DNA of 64,000 nucleotides from an uncultured Bacteroidales bacterium (GTDB taxonomy: Bacteria > Bacteroidota > Bacteroidia > Bacteroidales > UBA932), in the NCBI GenBank assembly GCA_902491795.1, contig CABUIX010000001.1:24054-88053 (forward strand), written 5' to 3'. Shown here piece by piece: positions 8,940 through 18,069 of the stretch (the stretch's first letter is position 1; each line of letters starts with the position of its first letter). A program made the translations under genes and the position numbers. Below the pieces are notes generated by a model, which worked only from the letters and a program-made list of their open reading frames with translations, ran no database searches and was not told the origin of the DNA.

Positions 8940-10262
8940 ATGAAAAGAATTCTATCATTATTCGCTGTTTGCGGACTCCTCGCCCTGGGATCATGCCAGA
9001 AGGAGAACAAGACAATCGAGAAAGACTTCGATTTCGGAGCAAGCACTCAAGAGACCCTTATCGGCCAGACCGTGACTTTCACAGACTATTCAATAAATGT
9101 CGAAAGCCGCACATGGACCTTCCCTGACGGAACACCCGCCACTTCCACGCAGGCCGTAGCAGACGTGGTGTTCAACACGGCCGGCGAAAAGGAAGTCACC
9201 CTCGTGGTCAAATATGCAGACGGCAGTGAAGACAAAGGAAGCATAAAGATCACTGTCCTCGATCCACTCTCAGCCGAGATTGCGGTTCAGGGACTTACCC
9301 CTATGGGCTGTGCAAAGAAAGGGACAGAAATCACCTTCTCGCTTGAGAACGTGGAAGGCAGCCCCACCTCATTCGAATGGACATTCCCCGGAGGAAACCC
9401 CGCAACATCCACAGACCCTTCGCCGAAAGTGACATGGAACGACCAGATCAATGATGTCGAAGTGTCCTGCAAGCTCACAAGGGCAAGCGACGGAGCTACC
9501 ATGACAGTGACCAGAAACATAATTGCCGGCAACTATCCCATGATCACCATTGACGAGCAGTATGGACTGGACGTGTACGGCTTCGAGAAAGGAGAGGTGA
9601 ACAAGGTATGGTACAACTGGGGAAGTTTCCCGACAGCAATCCCCGGAGACCAGACCGGTGAGCATCCCGACATAATGACCATTGTCGACGGAGGTGCAAA
9701 CGGCTCTGCAAAGTGCATGAAGCTTGACCTTTCAAAAGGAATGCTCTCAGGCTCGGCACCCGACTGCATCTGGGAATTCGCAGCCAGGAACAATTGGCCG
9801 AACAATCCTAGACTGACTGTCGGACAGACCTACGAGGTGTCCATCTCCCTCAGGTCAGAAACCGGCGACATGAGCCAAGGAAAGATAGCAGCCTGCGACT
9901 GGCTGAAAGTGTTCTCCTTCGTCCCCGACTATCTGAATGATCCCCTCAGGGCAATGGATGCAGCAGGCTACTGGTCCACGATATTCCCCGGAGAGACCTT
10001 CGAGACTTCATCGATGACCGAACTCTTCACCAAGGGAATATGGGAGAACAAGCCTGACGGCGCACCGGCAGACGAGCCCGGCCCGTACGACGAATATCTT
10101 ACCTCCAGCTGGAAGACCTACAGCTACGAGTTCACCATCGAGCCCGGCACCGTCGGCAACGAGGGCGACGAACTGAGGAACTGCTATGTAGCCTTCGGCA
10201 TTGCAAGCATCGGTGACATTGTGTATGTCGATGACATCCAGATCAATCTTATTGAGAAATAG
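8940..10262 (+). CDS. Surface lipoprotein with two PKD-like domains and a C-terminal beta-sandwich (SusE/F-like surface glycan-binding protein candidate)
   Basis: Lipobox ALGSC. Two PKD-type repeats (VTFTDYS...WTFPDGTPATST and ITFSLENV...WTFPGGNPATST). It sits immediately upstream of the SusC-like gene. Confidence 0.6.
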   Translation: MKRILSLFAVCGLLALGSCQKENKTIEKDFDFGASTQETLIGQTVTFTDYSINVESRTWTFPDGTPATSTQAVADVVFNTAGEKEVTLVVKYADGSEDKGSIKITVLDPLSAEIAVQGLTPMGCAKKGTEITFSLENVEGSPTSFEWTFPGGNPATSTDPSPKVTWNDQINDVEVSCKLTRASDGATMTVTRNIIAGNYPMITIDEQYGLDVYGFEKGEVNKVWYNWGSFPTAIPGDQTGEHPDIMTIVDGGANGSAKCMKLDLSKGMLSGSAPDCIWEFAARNNWPNNPRLTVGQTYEVSISLRSETGDMSQGKIAACDWLKVFSFVPDYLNDPLRAMDAAGYWSTIFPGETFETSSMTELFTKGIWENKPDGAPADEPGPYDEYLTSSWKTYSYEFTIEPGTVGNEGDELRNCYVAFGIASIGDIVYVDDIQINLIEK

Positions 10263-10287
10263 GACAAAAACATTATAATACCACGAC

Positions 10288-13200
10288 ATGTTGAAGAAAT
10301 GCATGGCCCTGCTCTGCTTGATGCAGGCAGGGCTTGCTGCTTTTGCGCAGCAGACAGTCACAGGCCATGTGACTGACAGCCAGGGAGACCCGATTCCATG
10401 GGCAGATGTATACCAGAAAGGAACCACCAACGGCACGGTCACCGACGACAATGGCCTCTACAGCATAACGGTGAGTTCTCCCGAAGCCGTGCTGGTTGCG
10501 GCATTCATAGGCTACGAAGACTCCGAAATCACCGTTGGAAAAAAGACGACAATCAACTTCACGCTGCAGTCAGACGCAGAAATCCTGGACAATGCCGTGG
10601 TCATCGGATACGGAACGGCCAGGAGGCAGGACCTTACCGGATCCGTTGCCTCGCTGAATCCCGAAAGCCTCAACAATCAGGTCATCTTCTCGGTTGACGA
10701 TGCCCTGAAAGGGGGCGTGGCAGGACTCATGGTCTCCTCTACCAGCGGCCAACCCGGAGCCGCAACCAAAATGCTCATACGCGGAGCAAGTTCACTCTCA
10801 GGCTCCACCGGACCTCTGGTCGTCGTTGACGGTTTCCCGCTCAACGGAGTAAACACCGCATCAGGCATGGGTATGGGCAACCTGGATTCGCAAATGAGCG
10901 GCCTCGCAATGATAAACCCTGAGGACATCGCTTCGATAGAAGTCCTCAAGGACGCATCCTCGACTGCCATATACGGAAACAGGGGTGCCAACGGTGTAAT
11001 AATGATCACCACAAAGAAAGGCCGCGGCTCTTCAGGCCGAATACAGTACAACGGCTATGTCAGCATGCAGTCTCTTCCCCGAAAGATAGAGATGCTCGAC
11101 TTCAAGGGCTACGCCACAATGATGAACGAGCTCAACCCGATGTATGACCTCTTCTCCGATTCCGACGGAAATCTCAGAAACTTTGAATTCGACAAGATCA
11201 AAAGCATCGACTGGCAGGACCAGCTGTACAGGACCGGATTCATCCAGAATCACAATCTGTCAATACAGAATGCCAACGAGAAGACAAACTTCCTGATAAG
11301 TGCGTCATATATGCAGAACGAATCCATAATCATATCGACCAACTGGACCAAGTTCACCGCCAAGGCCAACATCGACCACAGATTCACGGACAATTTCAGA
11401 ATCGGAATAGATGTTAACTACAGCCGCATCATTGACGACGGAGTGCCCACGTCAGGAGGTAACGGAACCGCCATAGGTACGGTGATGAGCGCCCTCACGT
11501 CTCAGCCGTTCGACCTTACCGACGAAGACACGCAGGCATATTTCAGAAGGGCAGGACTGCAGCAGTACCAGATTGATGCATTCAACACCGCCAACAAGCA
11601 GAACCCTGTAACGATGGCCAATGACATAACCATGCTCAAGCTGCTCAACAGGACCATCGTCAATTCGTACATCGAGTACGACATCATCGACAACCTGATG
11701 CTCAGGGTCACAGGAGGACTGGACAACTACTCCCTCGAGGACAAGCAGTTCTACCCCACCACGACTCCGCGCGGATATCTGTACAACGCGCAGGCATGCA
11801 TGGCGAACATCTCAACTTTCGGCTGGCTGAACGAAAACACACTCACATGGTCACCCGTTTACGGCAAGCACAAGCTGAACCTCATGGCCGGCGTCACGGA
11901 GCAGGGATCCAGATATTACTACTCTGCCATAGACGCGTCCTCGTTCTCAAATGAGACACTTGGATTCAACAATCTCCAGATGGCCAAGGACTTCAATGCA
12001 TTCTCGAATACAAGCACAACCGCAATGATGTCCTTCATCTTCAGGGGGCACTACCAGTTCGACGACAGATACATAGGCACGTTCACGTTCAGAAGGGACG
12101 GAACCTCGGCATTCATCAAGAACAAATGGGGCTCGTTCTACTCCGGAGCTTTCGCATGGAACGCCAAGAAAGAGAAATTCCTGAGGAACGTCGATGCGAT
12201 AAGCACGCTCAGGCTCAGGCTTTCAGTCGGAGAGGTCGGCAATTCCAGCGTACCCACGTCCGGCTCGTTTGCACAGCTCTACAACACGAACACGGCCTTC
12301 GGCACTGACCTCAGCATCGGGCAGTCACCGCTGACACTTGCCAATGAAGATCTCACATGGGAAAAGACACTGGAATACAACCTCGGACTTGAACTCGGTC
12401 TCTGGGACGAAAGGCTGCATTTCGATGTTGACCTGTACAACAAGACCACACGTGATCTTCTCCTGGAAGCCCCGGTACTGAACATTTCAGGCTATACCAA
12501 CGCATGGCAGAACATCGGAAGCATCCGAAACATCGGAGCCGAGATTTCCATGTCGGCCCTGCTGGTTGACGGACGGTTTTCCAGTGGTCTCTCAATGCCA
12601 ATCTCTCGCACAACAGGTCGAAGATACTTCAGCTCGGACAAAACGGGGCTCCGATCTATCTTGGAATCACATGCCTCGACGGCCAGAATGCCGTAATTCT
12701 GCGCGAAGGTGGCAGCGTAGGAGAATTGTTCGGATACAAGGCAATAGGAATTTATCAGCTGGAGGACTTTGACGCCGCCCCGAGCGCAACGGATCCGGAC
12801 GAAACCGTATATACCCTCAAGCCGGGCATTGCCGGCCAGGGAGGCGAACAGCCTGGCTCACTGAAACTCTGGGACAAGGACGGGAACGGCAAAATCGACG
12901 ATTCGGACAGGGACATCATAGGAAACTTCCTGCCCTCCTTCTACGGATCATTCACGACATCACTGAGCTACAAGGCTTTCGACCTCTACCTCGCATTCCA
13001 GTATTCAATCGGCAACGACCTCTACAACGCCAATTATGACATGATTGCTTCATACAACGGTGACGGAGCCAACCAGGTCGCATACTGGAACGACAGATGG
13101 ACCACCGAGAACCAGTCATCACGCTATTACTCTCAGATACCTGACGGGCTCGTGTCGTCTGCCTTCGTGGAAGACGCATCATTCCTGAGGTTCTCCACCG

Positions 13201-13436
13201 CAAGGCTTACCTATACCCTGCCGCAGAAACTGCTGCGCAGGACAAAGCACCTGGAAGCCTGCAAGCTGTATGTGTCGGCCGACAACATCTGGGTATTCAC
13301 CAAATATTCCGGATATGATCCCGAAGTCGGCATCAGCCAGAATTCAGCCGCAGCCATTTTGTCACAAGGATTTGACTACGGCAACTTCCCCAAGGCAAGG
13401 ACACTTACATTCGGCGTAAACATTTCGTTCAAATAG
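10288..13436 (+). pseudogene. SusC-like TonB-dependent outer-membrane transporter, interrupted by a 1-nt frameshift at about 12570-12581
   Basis: ORFs 10288-12696 and 12726-13436 together form one canonical SusC: a CarboxypepD_reg-like N-terminus (VTGHVTDSQGDPIPWADVY...GLYSI), a plug (NPEDIASIEVLKDASSTAIYGNRGANGVIMITTKKG) and a C-terminal barrel ending in ...FGVNISFK. Translating the third frame by hand upstream of 12726 gives FQWSLNANLSHNRSKILQLGQNGAPIYLGITCLDGQNAVILREGGSVGELFGYK, back to a TGA at 12567. The first frame is SusC-like only up to ...ALLVDGRF (12579). The switch falls on a TTTT run (12577-12580). Confidence 0.85.
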
Positions 13437-13448
13437 GAGGAAAAAGAG

Positions 13449-15026
13449 ATGAAACGAATACTTTCGATACTAATTCCCATACTGTTCCTTGCCGCTTCAT
13501 GCGACTTCCTGGAGACAAAGGTGGAAAGCAACATAACAACCAAAAACTTCTTCAAGACCACGGCCGACTTTGACATGGCGCTCACCGGTATCTACTATAC
13601 CTTCACGTCTGTCGAATGGGATGCACAGCACCGCTACGGAAACTACTTTACAGGATTCATGTACTGGGGAAGGATAGGAACAGACGAATGCTTCGTGCCT
13701 TCCGCCAACAACGGCGAAGACATGATAGGCTACTACACCTACACTCCTGAGCATCTTTTTGTGGAGAAAGTCTGGTTCATGCAGTACCTCGGGATACAGA
13801 GGGCAAACGTAGTCCTGAACAGGCTCGCCCAATACGACGGCGACAGCATATCACAGGATGACAAGAACAGAATTGCAGGGGAAGCTTATTTCCTTCGCGG
13901 ATGGTTCTACTTCCAGCTTGCACGCTATTTCGGCGAAGTGCCGCTGGTGCTGACCGAAACCACGGACATCAGCCAGCTGGATACACGGAAGGCCACTCTC
14001 GCCGAAGTTTATGATCGCGTGATTGCAGACTACGAGGAAGCCGAGAGACTTCTCCCCGAAAACAATACTGTAGGGCATGCATACAAAAGTGCGGCGACGG
14101 CACTGAAGGCAAGAGCATATCTGCAGATGGCCGGCAAGCCTCTGGAGTACAAGCCTGCAGCAGCCCTGGCGGCCCAAGCGTGCAGAGACGTGATAAACAG
14201 CGGAAGGTTCTCGCTCGTCAAAGACTATTTCTCTCAGTTCGACGGCAAGCACGAACACAACAGCGAATATATTTTTGATGTAGAGTTCGACAACTCCCAC
14301 AGCAATTCACTGTATGGCGGTCAGGTAGGAACCACTGACGGAATCCCGCACGAAGACCAGATTTACTGGACTCAGGTCAGGGCTTTTCCTGAAATGTACA
14401 ACAAATTCGAAGACAACGATCTGCGAAAAGGGGCCGTCAATGCCGGAGGCCATGCCGTCCTCAACCCCCAGACCAACAAGATGGAGATCGTGTACGATTC
14501 GGACTACGAAGGGAACTACTGGGTATACAAGTTCCGCCATCCGCTCGACAAGGCCGACAGGGGAAACAGTTGGGCAAACTGGTGCAACAACATCAATTTC
14601 CCGATAATACGCTATGCTGATGTACTGCTGATGCTTGCCGAAGCCGAATACAGGGATACGGGCACTCCGTCAGACGAAGCGATAGAATATGTCAACCAGG
14701 TACGGCGCAGAGGCTACGGAGTGGACATCATGACCCCCAACGAATCGGTGGACTATCATCTGGGAGATGAACCTTTCGAAGAGTTCATTCTGGAGGAGAG
14801 GAGCCGCGAACTCTGCTTCGAAGGACACCGGTGGGCTGACCTCGTCCGCTTCGGCAAACTTCAGGAAGCCTACCGCTCTGTCGGAAAGGACCCTGACTGG
14901 GTGCTGACTCCCGCTTACCAGACTCTTGCAAACAACTGCCAGGAAAAGCATTCGATATTTCCGATTCCGCAATCGGTCATCGATGCCTCAAACGGGGCAA
15001 TTGAACAGAACCCGCTATGGAAGTAA
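13449..15026 (+). CDS. SusD/RagB-family nutrient-binding outer-membrane lipoprotein
   Basis: Lipobox LAASC. It starts 12 nt after the SusC-like gene. SusD hallmarks are present: AYFLRGWFYFQLARYFGEVPL, IRYADVLLMLAEA, ILEERSRELCFEGHRWADLVR, IFPIPQSVIDASNG. Confidence 0.92.
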   Translation: MKRILSILIPILFLAASCDFLETKVESNITTKNFFKTTADFDMALTGIYYTFTSVEWDAQHRYGNYFTGFMYWGRIGTDECFVPSANNGEDMIGYYTYTPEHLFVEKVWFMQYLGIQRANVVLNRLAQYDGDSISQDDKNRIAGEAYFLRGWFYFQLARYFGEVPLVLTETTDISQLDTRKATLAEVYDRVIADYEEAERLLPENNTVGHAYKSAATALKARAYLQMAGKPLEYKPAAALAAQACRDVINSGRFSLVKDYFSQFDGKHEHNSEYIFDVEFDNSHSNSLYGGQVGTTDGIPHEDQIYWTQVRAFPEMYNKFEDNDLRKGAVNAGGHAVLNPQTNKMEIVYDSDYEGNYWVYKFRHPLDKADRGNSWANWCNNINFPIIRYADVLLMLAEAEYRDTGTPSDEAIEYVNQVRRRGYGVDIMTPNESVDYHLGDEPFEEFILEERSRELCFEGHRWADLVRFGKLQEAYRSVGKDPDWVLTPAYQTLANNCQEKHSIFPIPQSVIDASNGAIEQNPLWK

Positions 15027-16150
15027 ATCGATTCATTGTTATCCTCACCTGCTGCATCGCGTTGTCGGGATGCAGCAAGGTGTGGTTCCCTACCCCGGAG
15101 AGCGGTGTGCCCGGCAAAACCGAAGATTCCTCCACAGATGATGACGAGCCTGAGACATGGACCGAAATCAATGACAATGTATCCATTTCCGGGACCGAAA
15201 TCATTCCTCAGACACCGGACACATTCATGAAAGGCTATTGGCCCGACGGCAAACTCATTCCCGTAAGGAAAGGCAATGAATGGCAGTTGTTCTGGGGCGA
15301 ATCGACAGACGCGCTGACCGTCTCCGTCTCTCCTTTTCCCGAAGACCATATCGAATTCCTCACCCAGGACAGCAAGATTTGGGGGAAGGAATTCAGCAGG
15401 ATAGACGGATTCAATGACGGAGGGTCATGGTTCATATCTGTCTTTCCTCTTGACGGATCAGGAAGCTATGTCGGGTTCTTCCACGCGGAAAGTCACTGGG
15501 ACGCAAGCGGCATCGCCCACAAATCCATCGGTGTTGCATATTCCGATGACTACGGGGCGACATGGAGAGATCCGGAGCCCATCATCACGGATTCCAGACC
15601 AAAGCCGTCCGAACCGGATTGGACCGGACTCGGAGACGGATGCGTGATCTGGGACCAGACGAACTCGAGATACATATGCTATTACCAGGGCAAGATAGAC
15701 TCAGGAGCGAACGCCCTGTGCATGGCCGCTTCATCAGACAGGAATGGAGCACCCGGAACATGGAAAAAGTGGGACGGGAATGATTTCACCATTCCTGCCC
15801 ATGACGAGACGACCGGCCTTGGAGGGAAAAACATACCCGTCGACGGTCTTGCCGCGGTCCCCGGAGCCAATCCTTCAGTGATGTGGAACACATTCCTTGA
15901 CAAATGGGTAATGGTCTACGCATCATGGGCCAAGGCAATATACATGTCAACCAGCACGGACTGCACAAGCTGGAGCAGTCCGGTGAAAATAACAGGAAGT
16001 ACAGACAGTCCGGCCTGCTATCCGAATCTCATAAGTGAAGACGGAGACCTGACGGGCGGAGAGACAGTACAGATGTACTGGTCTCACAACCAGAACAACG
16101 TGACAGGAGAGAGAGAACTGGCCTGCGCAAAAATAAGATTCAGAAAATGA
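15017..16150 (+). CDS. Lipoprotein, Asp-box-containing beta-propeller protein, putative glycosidase (distant paralog of 7310-8797)
   Basis: Lipobox ALSGC. Asp-box SDDYGATWRD (about 15541-15570). Motifs GAPGTWKKWDGNDF and WVMVYASW. It overlaps susD by 10 nt and is ATGA-coupled to the next gene. Confidence 0.4.
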   Translation: MEVNRFIVILTCCIALSGCSKVWFPTPESGVPGKTEDSSTDDDEPETWTEINDNVSISGTEIIPQTPDTFMKGYWPDGKLIPVRKGNEWQLFWGESTDALTVSVSPFPEDHIEFLTQDSKIWGKEFSRIDGFNDGGSWFISVFPLDGSGSYVGFFHAESHWDASGIAHKSIGVAYSDDYGATWRDPEPIITDSRPKPSEPDWTGLGDGCVIWDQTNSRYICYYQGKIDSGANALCMAASSDRNGAPGTWKKWDGNDFTIPAHDETTGLGGKNIPVDGLAAVPGANPSVMWNTFLDKWVMVYASWAKAIYMSTSTDCTSWSSPVKITGSTDSPACYPNLISEDGDLTGGETVQMYWSHNQNNVTGERELACAKIRFRK

Positions 16151-18006
16151 CAAGACCAATCTTCAGACTGCTTTGGCCCCTGGCCGCGGCAATATGTTCG
16201 GTTTCCTGCGGACCGAAGACATTCACAATATCTGCGGATTCCTCCACGGGAGACTATACACCGGCAGTCAGGGAAATCCTGGCTGAAAACCCGAAAGGCA
16301 ACGTGCACATACATTTTGAGAAAGGGAAATACGATTTCTTCCCCGAGAATGCCGTCACCGAATTTCTCAGCATGTCAAACAATGACAGCGGGGACCGCAA
16401 AGTCGCATTTCTCATCAAGGGAATGAAAAATGTCACCATAAGCTGCGACAGTGCGGAATTCATGTTCCACGGTGCCATAGTCCCTTTCGCCGTCAAGAAT
16501 TCAACCGAAGTCACGATAGGCGGACCTCTCTCGATCGACTACGACTATCCATGGACCTTCGAAGGTCAGGTGGTCAGCAATGATCCGGACAGGATGACAT
16601 TCGTCGTGAAGGTATTCCCGGACAACAAATACAGGATAGACGGAGACAGGCTTTATTTCGGAGGCTATGACTGGGAATATCCCATGGCCGAGAATATCGT
16701 GTTCGATCCTGAGACCAGAAGACCAGTCTACAACACGGCAATCTACGAACACGCCTACCGGGCAGGTGACCTCAAAGCCAGGGAGCTTTCGGATGGTCTG
16801 GTGGAATTTTCGGGGCTGATTGCAAGAGAAGTGCCTCCGGTCGGCAGCATCTGGGACGACAAGGGCCCAATGGAACTGAACAGGTCATATCCCGGCTTCG
16901 CCATCCTGCAGAGCAAGAACGTCAAAGTCCATGACATTCATATACGCAAGGCCGGAGCAATGGGACTGATAGCGGAATTTTCCGAGAACATTACGGTCTG
17001 CGGGGTATCAACAGCCGGCGATCCGGACTCAAAAAGAATGATAACCATATCAGCCGACGCCACGCATTTCGTGGATTGCACGGGCACCGTAACGCTTGAA
17101 GACTGCACCTTCGAAAGCATGCTCGATGACGCAACGAACATTCACGGGGTCTATATGAAAGTGGACTCGCTGACATCACCCACGGCCGTCAGGGCATCGT
17201 TCGGACATTTCCAGCAGGAAGGCAATCATTTTGCCGACGCCGGAGACACCATCAGGTTCGTGGACAGGAAATCGCTCAGGCCGGTAGGGACTGCGGTACT
17301 GGAAAGGATAACCAGGGACAGCCGCAACTCGTATGAACTGGAGACAGGATTTGATTTCTCATCCTATTCAGGAGACATCTCCGATCTCGTTGCGGAAAAC
17401 ATTTCCCGAGGATGCGACGCAGTAATACGTAACTGCACAATACGCTACAACAGGGCAAGAAGCCTGCTGCTGTCAACTCCCGGTGACGTGCTGGTCGAGA
17501 ATTGCGACTTCAGTTCAATGATGGCGGGAATAAGGATATGCGGGGACGCGAACTACTGGTTCGAATCGGGAAACACGCGCAACATCATCATACGCAACAA
17601 CAGGTTCACTGACGGAGGACTGGGAGGAGGCAACCCTCAGGCGATTCTGCAGATTGATCCCATAATACCCGTAAACGCCAGGGAGACCGACTTCTTCTAC
17701 CATGACAGAATAGTGTTCACAGGCAACACAATAAACACCTTTGACTGTCAGGCAATATACGGATTGAGTGTCAGGGACCTCGAAATAACAGGCAACACAT
17801 TCATTGACAGCGGCTCATACCAACCCATATTCCCGGGACTTTCAGTGATTGACCTGCAAAACTGCGGGAACGTGGTCATCAGGGGCAATGATTTCTCCCG
17901 TTGGAAGCCGGACGCCACAATCAGCATTCATGACTGCCTGAACGTGGACAATGATTCTGATCTTCCTGTCGTGGACAGTCCCAATCCCTACTTCTACGGA
18001 AGCTGA
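16147..18006 (+). CDS. Lipoprotein, GH110-like right-handed beta-helix glycosidase (second paralog)
   Basis: Lipobox SVSC. It is colinear with 2343-4217 along the whole length. Example: DYTPAVREILAENPKGNVHIHF vs DYTPILRNVLESHPRGNVTIRF. Example: ADATHFVDCTGTVTLEDCTFESMLDDATNIHGVYM vs ADATHFVDCKGKILLENCTFESMLDDAVNIHGTYM. Confidence 0.55.
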   Translation: MTRPIFRLLWPLAAAICSVSCGPKTFTISADSSTGDYTPAVREILAENPKGNVHIHFEKGKYDFFPENAVTEFLSMSNNDSGDRKVAFLIKGMKNVTISCDSAEFMFHGAIVPFAVKNSTEVTIGGPLSIDYDYPWTFEGQVVSNDPDRMTFVVKVFPDNKYRIDGDRLYFGGYDWEYPMAENIVFDPETRRPVYNTAIYEHAYRAGDLKARELSDGLVEFSGLIAREVPPVGSIWDDKGPMELNRSYPGFAILQSKNVKVHDIHIRKAGAMGLIAEFSENITVCGVSTAGDPDSKRMITISADATHFVDCTGTVTLEDCTFESMLDDATNIHGVYMKVDSLTSPTAVRASFGHFQQEGNHFADAGDTIRFVDRKSLRPVGTAVLERITRDSRNSYELETGFDFSSYSGDISDLVAENISRGCDAVIRNCTIRYNRARSLLLSTPGDVLVENCDFSSMMAGIRICGDANYWFESGNTRNIIIRNNRFTDGGLGGGNPQAILQIDPIIPVNARETDFFYHDRIVFTGNTINTFDCQAIYGLSVRDLEITGNTFIDSGSYQPIFPGLSVIDLQNCGNVVIRGNDFSRWKPDATISIHDCLNVDNDSDLPVVDSPNPYFYGS

Positions 18007-18028
18007 CGCCAGCAAACGGCATATTGCG

Positions 18029-18058
18029 AAGCCGGCCCTGGACAAGGGCCGGCTTTGT
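18029..18058. terminator. Hairpin between convergent genes (bidirectional terminator candidate)
   Basis: aagccggccct-ggaca-agggccggctt is an 11-bp GC-rich stem followed by tt. It lies between the stop at 18006 (+) and the stop at 18070 (-). Confidence 0.6.
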
Positions 18059-18069
18059 CGTTCCCGCCA

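Noticed and set aside
12566-12772. 68-aa ORF spanning the susC frame break
   Set aside because: It is in the one frame that carries no SusC-like sequence, so I treat it as an artefact of the frameshift region.
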